Shown piece after piece: positions 49,804 through 59,575 of a stretch of DNA of 64,000 nucleotides. A program made the translations under genes and the position numbers. The stretch covers positions 5,000-68,999 of IMG/VR virus record IMGVR_UViG_3300033233_000034. One strand, given 5' to 3'. Below the pieces are notes generated by a model. That model was given only the letters and a program-made list of their open reading frames with translations. It was not told the DNA's origin and did no database searches. Positions within the stretch are counted from its first letter, which is position 1, and each line of letters starts with the position of its first letter. The DNA is from a virus.

Positions 49804-51033
49804 TTAAAAAGGTAATTCAATAACACTTCGTTGTAATTTAGCAAGCCTGTATTCAAATATAGAATCGTATGCACAGTATTTCAGTAACTTTTCCTTACCA
49901 CCGGGAAGTTTTAAAAGTTCATCTATCCGATTCAGGGAGTTACTATTCTTTTCTTCTTTGGCTTTCAGGTAAGGTTCTATATCAGAAGAGTAATCTACTT
50001 TACCGAACTGAACGTATACCTGAAACTTTAAACCCGTTACCCCCGGACGATTGTCTAATAAATGTGTTGCCTGCATAGTATCCCATTTCCAATTTTTAAC
50101 TTCTGTATTACCTAATCGGACGATTGACCAAGTATCTTCAAACTTCATATTTTGGGCAATCTTTCCTATCCGTTCGTTACTAAGTAAATCTTTAAAAGGT
50201 TGAACATCTCTTTTTCGTTCGGGGATCATAAAGGAATAAACATGATCCGTGGAAGTAGCAACCGAAGCACAAATAATCCTGTGACCTTCAGCGTGTGGTT
50301 TAAGCCCAGTCGTCTCAAAATCAAATGCTATTTCACCTTGTCGATAAGTATTTAAAACAGGTAATAAATCATCAGTAAGGTATTCTATCCGTGGTTCCTG
50401 ATACAATGGAAACTTTTCTTTCAGTTTAAGTAAGGCTTCCTTAATATCTAAATCCCAAATACTTTGCACCTCAGCACCCTTAGCACGCTCGACCTGATCA
50501 GGCTCGAAGATCGGACAAAGCCAAGCCTTGTAATCCTGATCGGGTATCCGCCATCCTCTCCACTTATCTATACCTCCCAAATCACGTTTCCATCGGTGTC
50601 CTATAAGGCTATAAACCGCAGAGTGTCCTAATAGGAAAATTAACTTTGGTTTATGTGTTTCTATGGTTTTAAGAACGGTTTTACGACAACAATCAATTTC
50701 ATAATTCGTAGGGTCACGGTCTTCAGCATCTTCATCCGTTACACGGCAAAGGCATGAATTTATTAATAAACAATCTTTAAGTAAATCTATACCATGATTC
50801 TCGAAAGTGCGTTTCAGGAGTTTACCAGCTTTACTTTGGAAATATAGGTTATACTTATCATCCTGTTCCGTAGGGGACGATCCTAAAATCATAATCCGTT
50901 TACCGAAATTACCTTGTGGTTTCATCTTCGGTGACTTACAATTTTTATACCCTCCGCACGATATACAGGAAAGTATTTTCCCATCAGGACGGGTTTTGGA
51001 TTCTGTTTCTTGTTTATTAAAAAATCCGGTCAT
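49804..51033 (-). CDS. family 4 UDG-like domain fused to PolA 3'-5' exonuclease (N-terminal part of the split polymerase)
   Basis: Fe-S cysteines CISC..C; ExoI DFETTG, ExoII NMKFE, ExoIII YCAYD; likely start 51033 (ATGA overlap). Confidence 0.9.
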   Translation of the reverse strand: MTGFFNKQETESKTRPDGKILSCISCGGYKNCKSPKMKPQGNFGKRIMILGSSPTEQDDKYNLYFQSKAGKLLKRTFENHGIDLLKDCLLINSCLCRVTDEDAEDRDPTNYEIDCCRKTVLKTIETHKPKLIFLLGHSAVYSLIGHRWKRDLGGIDKWRGWRIPDQDYKAWLCPIFEPDQVERAKGAEVQSIWDLDIKEALLKLKEKFPLYQEPRIEYLTDDLLPVLNTYRQGEIAFDFETTGLKPHAEGHRIICASVATSTDHVYSFMIPERKRDVQPFKDLLSNERIGKIAQNMKFEDTWSIVRLGNTEVKNWKWDTMQATHLLDNRPGVTGLKFQVYVQFGKVDYSSDIEPYLKAKEEKNSNSLNRIDELLKLPGGKEKLLKYCAYDSIFEYRLAKLQRSVIELPF

Positions 51034-52043
51034 TTCGTACCTTTTACTACCGTAATAAATTCCCAACCCTCACCCACGAATTTTAGTATCTTACCGTTAA
51101 ACGAACAAGTTAGCACGGTGCTAAGTATGTTTTTAAGCAACGAGGGAATAATATTAAATTCTAATCGTTCCCCTTCATACTTTACATTACTTTCCTCGCT
51201 GAACCAACCCGTATTTGATTGTGAAGCTATTTTAATACGGTTTTTTTCCAGACATACGGCTACATCCTCATTTATGGAAGTACCTTCAACCTTTTTAAAT
51301 ACTGAAGCACGTTCCAGGATTTCATTGATAGTTCGTGGGAAAGTTATTTCCTTACCATCCTCGATGTTTAGAATACCTGTTGTTTCAGGAAAAGTATCCT
51401 CCAGAATACGACAAGATAGTACCGTGCCGGCTTCAGTTTGAAAATGCACCCAACCCTCACCCATAGCCATTTTAATTGGAATAAGTTTTAATACCGTAGT
51501 TACTGAATGTGCTGGGATCAGGAAAGTAGGTACGTTCAGTTTTTTAGATAGAGTTGTTCTCATAATCCTGTACCCGTCCGACCCTTCAATAAAACCTTTT
51601 TGATTTACGTGTACACAAGTCAAGACGGGTTTCGAGTTATCAGTACCAGTACTATACATTGCCATACGCATGGCCGTAAGAAAGTCCTCTGGTAGGGTTT
51701 TCCATTTTTCTATCGTTCCGACCTCTTCTAAAGGTAGCTTTATTTCCGATTGTAGCGTTAAACCGACCCTCACACGCCCTGCGGTTAATAGTACCTCCGT
51801 CTCGGTTAATTCGACGTTTATATCGTCTTGTTTTAGCTTCTTTAGGATTAGGTATAATTCCGTAGCCTGAACTGCTCCGGTGATTTCCAAATCCTCCACT
51901 GGGTGGCTGATACTGATTTCATCGTTGTAGGTCACTACACGATTCTCCATAAAAGCAAACGATGTACTTTGCTCTATTATTTCTTTCGATGCTAAACCTG
52001 GTTTTACGATTTCGAGTGCTTTCAACAATTCCTCTTTTTTCAT
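51030..52043 (-). CDS. DNA sliding clamp (beta/DnaN-like)
   Basis: 337 aa; KPVLTCVHV, GSDGYRI, CRILEDTFP. Confidence 0.82.
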   Translation of the reverse strand: MKKEELLKALEIVKPGLASKEIIEQSTSFAFMENRVVTYNDEISISHPVEDLEITGAVQATELYLILKKLKQDDINVELTETEVLLTAGRVRVGLTLQSEIKLPLEEVGTIEKWKTLPEDFLTAMRMAMYSTGTDNSKPVLTCVHVNQKGFIEGSDGYRIMRTTLSKKLNVPTFLIPAHSVTTVLKLIPIKMAMGEGWVHFQTEAGTVLSCRILEDTFPETTGILNIEDGKEITFPRTINEILERASVFKKVEGTSINEDVAVCLEKNRIKIASQSNTGWFSEESNVKYEGERLEFNIIPSLLKNILSTVLTCSFNGKILKFVGEGWEFITVVKGTK

Positions 52044-52052
52044 TTTAAATAT

Positions 52053-52451
52053 TTATTTCGGTTGTTTATTAAATAATGCTCTTACTATTTCTAATTCTCT
52101 TTCAACACGTATTCCAAAATATTGTCCCAAATCATCTGCAGACTTTAAGATTTCAATAAGTTTGTAAAGCAATGGTCTGGTACTACCATTAATAGGTTTA
52201 GGTTCAAAGAAATTTGCTACTAAAGGATCAGGTAAAGGTTTTTCTGGTTCCCAACCTTCTGTTACTATTGCTTGGAAGGCTTTATAGTTACTTTCAAAAA
52301 CTTGTAATATAGTATAAACATCTCCTTCATGTTTCATTATTACAGTTTTGTCGAAATAAGGTTGATTGCCTATAACTATAATTTCAGGCCAACGTACCTG
52401 TAGAATCTTTTGTAACATTTCTACTGTAAACTGTTCTTTATTTCCGGACAT
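52053..52451 (-). CDS. hypothetical protein
   Basis: ORF only. Confidence 0.55.
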   Translation of the reverse strand: MSGNKEQFTVEMLQKILQVRWPEIIVIGNQPYFDKTVIMKHEGDVYTILQVFESNYKAFQAIVTEGWEPEKPLPDPLVANFFEPKPINGSTRPLLYKLIEILKSADDLGQYFGIRVERELEIVRALFNKQPK

Positions 52452-52452
52452 A

Positions 52453-53535
52453 TTAATCTAATTTACTTAACCATTGTTCATATATTTTTGTAGCTATTTG
52501 AGCTATCATAACAGGTGGTACACTCATCCCTATTAAGTACTGTTCTTTATTATTTAGAAAGTTATAATCTTGTGGAAATGTACCAGCACAACAAAGTTCT
52601 TTTCTATTTAACAACCTACAATAATTAGGGTGCCAAGCACCATCACCAGGATTAGCTGTAATTGTAGGAACAATATCAGAAGATTTTAATTTATAAAAAG
52701 AATAATAATGTCCTTTAGGATGGTATTCTGAAAAATTATGTCCTTGTTTACATATCTGCCATAATTTTGTAGCTCCTGTTTCCTTTTGTATCGTATTGTC
52801 TTTATTATCAATAAATTTTGCAAATGATATTTCTTTTTCCTTCCAGTTTAAATCTAATCTTGGAAGTATATTAAAAACATCTTTTGAATATAAAAAGGGT
52901 TTAGCAAGGTCTTTTCGTAGTGTTATAAAGAAAACTCGTTCTCTACGTTGAGGTACACCCATTTTACTTGCATCTAATAACCAATGTTGACAATAATACC
53001 CTGCATTATCAAAAGCCTTATAAATCCTGTCAACATAATTTGTTCTATACTTTGTAGCAGAACCTAATAAAATACCTTTAACGTTTTCTGCAATAACGAC
53101 TTTAGGTTGTAATTTTTTAGCTAAATCAATAAAGTCAAAAAATAAAGTGTCTAAAACTTGTTTAGCTTGTCCTTCACGAAACTTTTTTTCTTTACCCCAA
53201 TCTTTTTCCCGATTACCAACCATAGAAAAACTACTACATGGTGGTGAACCATCTAAAATATCAAGTCTGTAAAATACTTTAGGTAAATCTTCACGAAATT
53301 TAAATGTTTGTATTGGTTCTAAAAATGAATACTTAGGATTATGATTTTCTTTATAAACTTGCATCATTTTAGGATCAATTTCATTACATCCTATAACATT
53401 ATATCCTGCGAGTTTATATCCTAAAGTGGAACCCCCACCACAGGCAAAGCATGAAAATACTTTTGCACCGTGGTAAGGAACTCCAATTTCTGGAAGATCA
53501 GTTAATTTCCATTTATAAGGAAATTTATGATTCAT
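52453..53535 (-). CDS. DNA cytosine-C5 methyltransferase
   Basis: Motif I FACGGG, IV GSPPC, VI ENV, VIII QRRERVF, X GMSVPP. Confidence 0.93.
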   Translation of the reverse strand: MNHKFPYKWKLTDLPEIGVPYHGAKVFSCFACGGGSTLGYKLAGYNVIGCNEIDPKMMQVYKENHNPKYSFLEPIQTFKFREDLPKVFYRLDILDGSPPCSSFSMVGNREKDWGKEKKFREGQAKQVLDTLFFDFIDLAKKLQPKVVIAENVKGILLGSATKYRTNYVDRIYKAFDNAGYYCQHWLLDASKMGVPQRRERVFFITLRKDLAKPFLYSKDVFNILPRLDLNWKEKEISFAKFIDNKDNTIQKETGATKLWQICKQGHNFSEYHPKGHYYSFYKLKSSDIVPTITANPGDGAWHPNYCRLLNRKELCCAGTFPQDYNFLNNKEQYLIGMSVPPVMIAQIATKIYEQWLSKLD

Positions 53536-53538
53536 ACA

Positions 53539-54123
53539 CTACAATTTACCTAATTCAGTAAGGATTTCTATTGCAGCTAACATTTCATTTTTACGCATCG
53601 TAATTGAAACATCAGCCATAGTTAATTTTTGAGCTACCAACTTTTTCATAATTTGCTCATTTGTAATTTTTGGATTTTCACAAACAAGTTTACGAACAAC
53701 GTAAGAAGCAGATATACCTTTTATAGCAGGTTGTTTCTTTTCTTTAGCCACAGGAGCTACTTTTTCAGCTTTACCTTTTTTAACAGGTACATTGTCATCA
53801 TCCTCTTCTTCAACTACAACACGATCTTTCTTTTTCTTCGGTGGGTCTACAACTTCCTCCTCAGGTTCCGGAGTATCATCTTCCTCTACAACGGGAGCTT
53901 TTTTCTTAGCTGGAGTGGGGACTTCTTTTTTCACTGGTGCTTTCAACTCTTCAATGATTTCCTGAAGTTCATCAGAAAGGTCATCATCAGGTTCAAGCAA
54001 TGTGATTGCTTTTTTAATTAACTTTTTTAACTCGTCTGCTGGGAGTTTAAAATCAATTGGTGGGGTAATCCCCAACTCATTCAGCTCTTTTGCGGCTGCT
54101 TTCAACGCTTTGTCTGTTGCCAT
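53539..54123 (-). CDS. acidic/basic low-complexity protein
   Basis: Likely start MATDKALK at 54123; K/E/D/P-rich linker. Confidence 0.65.
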   Translation of the reverse strand: MATDKALKAAAKELNELGITPPIDFKLPADELKKLIKKAITLLEPDDDLSDELQEIIEELKAPVKKEVPTPAKKKAPVVEEDDTPEPEEEVVDPPKKKKDRVVVEEEDDDNVPVKKGKAEKVAPVAKEKKQPAIKGISASYVVRKLVCENPKITNEQIMKKLVAQKLTMADVSITMRKNEMLAAIEILTELGKL

Positions 54124-54469
54124 AACACTTAAAATTTGATTAATGATTAAAAAATAAAACAAAACTAAATTGATCAATTCTTATTATCTATTTCTAAATC
54201 CTAAAAACTAATCTATTATAAGAATAATTTTTTTAGTATTTGGGTTTCAAGGGATTTATTTTTACTTCAATACGTAATTTATATTTGGTCTAAATAAGTA
54301 GATTATGTTATTTCCGTTAAAGTTTGATTTATAAGTTCTATTTGATCTTCAAAACCTTGATCTGATCTATCCCATTCCCCTTGTAAAGCCATTTCTGCAT
54401 CCGTCCTAAGAGTATTTAAGACTTCTACACATTTTAGTAATTTTTCTAATTCTGTCATACTAATTAAAT

Positions 54470-55720
54470 TTATTTATGATTATCTGTTACTTCCCAATGT
54501 GTTTCGGTATCATTATTTTCCTGAGTATATCGTAAGGAGAATATTTTGAAACTAAATCCTCGGCTACGTTGCTTATCAGTAGTTATTGTAAACCAAGCTT
54601 CACCCTCTTCAGTATTCTTACTATTATGATCAAATAATTTAAAAATATTATGTGCCATAGCCCCCATAGCTGAAGCCCCTCGTAACCCCTTACTCTTTTC
54701 TTTACCAGCATGATGCAGCATTAAACAAGCTACATTTAAGGCTCTCAAATCTCTTAGGAAGGGGTTTATCTTGTTTGACCATTCAGAGTTATCATTCTCC
54801 TCCACAAGTCCAAACAAAGTGGAAGCAGAATCCAGTACAATCAGTTTATAATTCGGGTGTTCCCTAAGCCATTGTATTATTTTTAATTGATTAATTCGAT
54901 TGGATAGATAAAACTGATCTTCCGTTGCTATTTGATACTCTGGTATAGATAGTATTCGCATACGATATTTACTTTGTTGTACACCCAGCCATTCAAATTG
55001 AGAGATACGCTCCTCCATCTCCTGTTCCCCTAACTCCCCATCTACATATAAACATCCAGTTTGGTGTTTAACTTGCCATTTACCTATTTCTGCTTCTTCG
55101 GTTTCAAAATCTTTTAACCCCAGGATATAAGCTACAGTTAAAGTTAATAAGGATTTACCTACACCATAGTTAGCATAAATAATTGTAGTTTGACCCTCAC
55201 GTAACCAAGGCTTTAATAACAATCGGGGTTGATCTCGTTTATGCTTTCGTATTTCGAGTACTGATAATATAAATTGATTAAGGTCTGTTTTAGGATTTGA
55301 GAAATTTACTTTATATTCTGATGCAAGTTTTTTAGCCTCTTCCAGTTTACCCGTGGTAAGGAGTTGTTCTATATTATCTTTGTACTGATGTAGACTTCGT
55401 TCATCAAAATATTTCATGGTTAAATCTACTAAGTAATCTACGTTAATTTCTGCTTCTGCTTCATCACTCAGACTTTGTAGTATTTCCTCTATATCTTCGG
55501 CTTCATCCTTAGGTATTTTATGGGCCTTTACTTTTTGATAGAAAATCCCCTCAATGTCCCTACCGGGGGCATGTTGAAATTGAGTATAATATTCCATCAC
55601 CCATGTAGCTAATTTTCGGGCGGAACTCGATTCAAGTAAAAGTATATTCCAAATTGTTTGTATTTGTTGGATATATTCTGTGCTAGATATTATACCAATA
55701 ATTATTTTTCTTTCTTCCAT
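54470..55720 (-). CDS. replicative helicase (RecA-fold, AAA_25/DnaB-like)
   Basis: Walker A ANYGVGKS, YVDGE, LIVLDS, LHHAGK..RGAS. Confidence 0.82.
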   Translation of the reverse strand: MEERKIIIGIISSTEYIQQIQTIWNILLLESSSARKLATWVMEYYTQFQHAPGRDIEGIFYQKVKAHKIPKDEAEDIEEILQSLSDEAEAEINVDYLVDLTMKYFDERSLHQYKDNIEQLLTTGKLEEAKKLASEYKVNFSNPKTDLNQFILSVLEIRKHKRDQPRLLLKPWLREGQTTIIYANYGVGKSLLTLTVAYILGLKDFETEEAEIGKWQVKHQTGCLYVDGELGEQEMEERISQFEWLGVQQSKYRMRILSIPEYQIATEDQFYLSNRINQLKIIQWLREHPNYKLIVLDSASTLFGLVEENDNSEWSNKINPFLRDLRALNVACLMLHHAGKEKSKGLRGASAMGAMAHNIFKLFDHNSKNTEEGEAWFTITTDKQRSRGFSFKIFSLRYTQENNDTETHWEVTDNHK

Positions 55721-55730
55721 TGTTTAAAAG

Positions 55731-56627
55731 TTAGTAAGAACCTGTTTGATAAGGAACCATGTCTTTGTTAAACCAATCCTGATACTCTTCGTTCCAAGTA
55801 TATGTTCGACCCATGTAATCCTTTTTAGGTTTATGTAGGATTTCTTCTTTTTGTTTATCAAAATCTATAACTCTTTTCATACCCTTTGCATCATTCATCC
55901 ATTTGTAACCGTTTAACCAAGAGGAGGGATTTGCTATATATTGGGGATCTTTCCATTGTTCGGAATCTATATGTTCTGATAAGGCTAATCTAATATCTCG
56001 CCATAATGGTTTGTCTTTTTTATTGCATAGTTTAATCCAAGCTGACTTGGCAGTACCTTTATTTACTTTTTTAGGATACCTTTGCCAAAATTTATCAAAT
56101 AAGTCTATGGTAATATATCCGTTTACATGATTATTAATTAATGAAGAAATAGGTGATGTAGCTATATCTAAATCTATTATATTAGTCTTATTATATATAG
56201 TATTAATATTATTATTAGCCTCTATTATTGTTTTAATAGGGGGATTCGATTTATTTAATACCCCTTTGTTTAGTTTTTTGTACCTTTCTTTTATCATAGA
56301 ATCATAAATCATAGGGTATTTTGGATTTACAAAAATATGTCTAACATCAAAATTAAATTTATTTTTTTGAGTAATAACTGTAATGTATTTAAGTTTTAAA
56401 AGGTTACTTACGCTATTTGTTATTGTTTGATTTTTAACTTCTAATTTTTCAGCTAACCAAGCATTAGAAGCAAAACAACCATCTTCTGACGCAGATAAAA
56501 TTTTAATAAATCCAAAAAGTATTTTTTCAGTATTTGTTAATTCAGGATTAAATAATACCTCTGCGGGAATGTATATTCCGGGCAAACCCCATTCCTGTTT
56601 TTTATTAATTATTCTACTATTATCCAT
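55731..56627 (-). CDS. replication initiator-like HTH protein
   Basis: CFASNAWLAEKL winged HTH; FDKFWQRYPKK...NPSSWLN C-terminal domain. Confidence 0.8.
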   Translation of the reverse strand: MDNSRIINKKQEWGLPGIYIPAEVLFNPELTNTEKILFGFIKILSASEDGCFASNAWLAEKLEVKNQTITNSVSNLLKLKYITVITQKNKFNFDVRHIFVNPKYPMIYDSMIKERYKKLNKGVLNKSNPPIKTIIEANNNINTIYNKTNIIDLDIATSPISSLINNHVNGYITIDLFDKFWQRYPKKVNKGTAKSAWIKLCNKKDKPLWRDIRLALSEHIDSEQWKDPQYIANPSSWLNGYKWMNDAKGMKRVIDFDKQKEEILHKPKKDYMGRTYTWNEEYQDWFNKDMVPYQTGSY

Positions 56628-56914
56628 GATTCTAAGGGTTTTAATATTTTAAAAAAATAAGGGTTTAATGTTTTATTTGGGAAATATTGAACGTATCCTT
56701 TATCTATTAATTCATTTAAACCATTTTCCCATATAGAATCTATTTCTTTTTCACTACTAAAAAATAGTAAATGAGCATCAGAAATATTAATTTCCATATC
56801 AAGAGCATTTTGTATAAATAAATAAATACCTCTTGCTTTATAAGAAATTTTAGGATTTTCATTATGCCGAACACCATGTTTAGGTATTTTTTCTTTGCTT
56901 TTAATTCTTTCCAT
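56609..56914 (-). CDS. small HTH-like protein (starts MERIK)
   Basis: ISYKARGIY...GLNELIDKGYV. Confidence 0.6.
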   Translation of the reverse strand: MERIKSKEKIPKHGVRHNENPKISYKARGIYLFIQNALDMEINISDAHLLFFSSEKEIDSIWENGLNELIDKGYVQYFPNKTLNPYFFKILKPLESWIIVE

Positions 56915-56933
56915 AACAAAATAGTATTAAAAA

Positions 56934-57057
56934 TTAAATGCCCCTGAACAAAAGAAACCCCAACAAAATAGCCTCTACTCTATTAAGCTGGGGAAGTCTT
57001 TTGCCAAGGGCAAAAATATAAGAACTTTGTAAATTGTTACTTTTCATTTTGTAGAGG
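56934..57057 (-). promoter_or_regulatory. structured leader: long stem-loop, pseudoknot and 37-aa uORF
   Basis: Inverted repeat 56939-57012; loop GUAGAGG complementary to CCUCUAC at 57051-57057; uORF 57047-56934. Confidence 0.7.
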
Positions 57058-57158
57058 ATTTAAAATCAGAAAGTAAAGATAAATATAATAATTTAGACTA
57101 AAAAATACAAACCAATTTATTTTTAATAAATTTTATAAATCGCTGAGAATCAGGTTAT

Positions 57159-58009
57159 TTAATTTTTTTTAACTCGGGTCATTTCTTGTACAGGTTTAAC
57201 CCTTGTCATTTGTACAGGTTCTACATAAGGTTTCCACCCCCAAAACCGTACAAACACAGGTTCAGTCAATCCATCTACCCAAACCCCCATATCTCCATTT
57301 CTACGGCTTTGTCGGTTTGGCCTATCAACTATACTATGTATGCTACCGGGTACTATTTCTTTAGCATCTCGTTTGTAAATATCATCATAGCATGATGCTA
57401 ATACTATACGAATTAGCTTACCATATTGTATATGGGTAGTTTTATCAATCGGCTGGGATTTCATCTTGTAGTATAAAAATTAATTTCCTACTTAAACAAT
57501 CATTTGGTAATTTGGAACATAAAATAGCATCAAATTCTGCCACGCACCCTTTACATCGACAAGGAATATCTTGTAGGGCATCAGTAAAAGTATAAGTTTT
57601 ACCTTCTATTACAAATAAATGTTTCATTTTTTACACATATTTTTTAAAAATTCAAATAAATCCATCATAATCATAATTATTATTAAAATAGCTAAAAAAG
57701 CTGTTATTTCTTTATTAGAAGAAGGTTGATTGGGATATATAGCATTTGCTATAAATAATCCTGCAAAAATAATAGCTGTTCTCATAATTTTACAATATTA
57801 AGTACTTTACCACAACGCATACAAATACCTTTTCTATCGAGTAAATGTCCATACTTACACCAGCACCAGAATTTAAAGAAACGACTTTTTTGTGCTGAAA
57901 CTTGAGGGTCAACTTCAGGTTCCATTTCAGAAATTACAAATATTTTATGTAATTCCATTAATTCTTTTAATTTATCTTCCCATTCAGAATTGTCAAATAT
58001 ACTTTTCAT
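57159..58009 (-). CDS. small hypothetical ORFs (57159-57464, 57445-57627, 57782-58009)
   Basis: Co-oriented ORFs; two are Cys-rich. Confidence 0.55.
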
Positions 58010-58017
58010 AACTTTTA

Positions 58018-58935
58018 TTATTTAGATTTCATTAAATCATCTACAAACCAATTGGCTTGTTCTTGAGTCATATCACCGGGATCATTAGCCCCACCAGTCC
58101 AAGTAGCTAATTTAGCATCAACCCCATGAAAACGCAAATCTCCTCGTAGGTTGGTTGCTTGTTGTAAAGCTTGGGATTCACCTGAGTCGTAGCAAATCCA
58201 TATCTTTTTAAACGTTCGTGCCATAACTCTAACTTGCTTTGGTGTATATTTAATTCCGCTTGTCGCAAAACTATTGATCCCAAACCGCCAGACGTCAGTT
58301 GGTCCTTCGACACATATACCAGTTTTCCCCCACGCTTCTTGTTTCCCATACAAAATTTCTTTATGAGGGATTAACTCCCGATCTTTTGGACAAGCCATAT
58401 ATTTGTTAGGGCTTTTCCCTGTTATATCACGACTATCAAACGATACTTGCTGTGAATCCCAATGAAAAGGAATCATTAAGCGGTGTTTATAATCTATTCC
58501 ATCTAATAAGGAACTTGGTCCAGTACCAAGAATCCCCCATTCCCTTTCCATCTTATCAGGATCAAATCCTCTTTTAAGTAGGTACTTTCGATGGTTTTCC
58601 CCCATAGGCATTACTCCTGATGGGAATTGATGTATTTTAGATTGTCGTTCTATAATTGGTAGAGGTCGGGAAAGTAGTAATCCATATCGTTTTATAATTT
58701 GTTCTACTTTCTTATAATCACGTTCACCAATCAGACGGGAAATAGTAGGAACGGTGTGATGCCCCCCACAACGCCAACATACAAAGAAATCTCCATCAAA
58801 CTTATAGCCCAAATGTAGTCCTGGATTACCTTCACAAAAGGGGCAAGCAGTATGAACCCAGCCGGGATGGGTGTGTTTGTGTCTTTCTGTTCTATAATCA
58901 ATGGAGTAGTCATTATAGAGTTGTAGGATATCCAT
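58018..58935 (-). CDS. DNA primase (Zn finger + TOPRIM)
   Basis: CPFC...CWRC, VEGPTD, YD...DPGD. Confidence 0.88.
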   Translation of the reverse strand: MDILQLYNDYSIDYRTERHKHTHPGWVHTACPFCEGNPGLHLGYKFDGDFFVCWRCGGHHTVPTISRLIGERDYKKVEQIIKRYGLLLSRPLPIIERQSKIHQFPSGVMPMGENHRKYLLKRGFDPDKMEREWGILGTGPSSLLDGIDYKHRLMIPFHWDSQQVSFDSRDITGKSPNKYMACPKDRELIPHKEILYGKQEAWGKTGICVEGPTDVWRFGINSFATSGIKYTPKQVRVMARTFKKIWICYDSGESQALQQATNLRGDLRFHGVDAKLATWTGGANDPGDMTQEQANWFVDDLMKSK

Positions 58936-59207
58936 TATTTAACTTCTGATTGTTTACAATATAAAACATCACCTACAATATAATCCCCATTAGGTTTCCC
59001 ATCCCAATAATATTGAGTAGCTCTTGGATTTATAGGTAATCTATGTATCTTACCTTCTTCATTAATCACAAGGATCATTTCATTTTTCAGATAAACCACC
59101 TCTATGTAACCACCTACAATAGTATTTAGTTCCTCAAGTTTAAAATCTTTATGATTTTTAGGCTCTACTGTTTGCCAACTACCATCAGTCTTTAATATCA
59201 TTGCCAT
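58935..59207 (-). CDS. DUF3846-like protein
   Basis: LEELNTIVGGYIE, NEEGK..LPINPRAT, IVGDV. Confidence 0.8.
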   Translation of the reverse strand: MAMILKTDGSWQTVEPKNHKDFKLEELNTIVGGYIEVVYLKNEMILVINEEGKIHRLPINPRATQYYWDGKPNGDYIVGDVLYCKQSEVK

Positions 59208-59550
59208 TAGTTACCTCCTTTTCTTCTTTTTGTAATGCTACTATTGTTCTTAATAAATTACTCTGTACAAAATCATGCACAAATTCTCTTTGTAGATAAG
59301 GTAGTTTGCTTTCTTTGTTCTCAATCTTTAGGAACTCAATACCTACCTGAGTAGGGTCATCGAACATACCTTGTGATTGTAGGGTTGAAAATGGGGTAGC
59401 TTTGAATTTTGGATCATGTACACCATTTCTTTTTGCAGCATTTAGTATTTTTTGTCTTTGTTGATTAATACTATGAATATTCTCTCTGACTAATTCAGCA
59501 AATTTTGGGTGTAAAATTAATTCTGTAAAAGACAATTCATTTGTTTTCAT
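59185..59550 (-). CDS. hypothetical protein
   Basis: ORF only. Confidence 0.55.
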   Translation of the reverse strand: MKTNELSFTELILHPKFAELVRENIHSINQQRQKILNAAKRNGVHDPKFKATPFSTLQSQGMFDDPTQVGIEFLKIENKESKLPYLQREFVHDFVQSNLLRTIVALQKEEKEVTNGNDIKD

Positions 59551-59575
59551 TTTTAAAGATAGATTAAAGAGTTAA

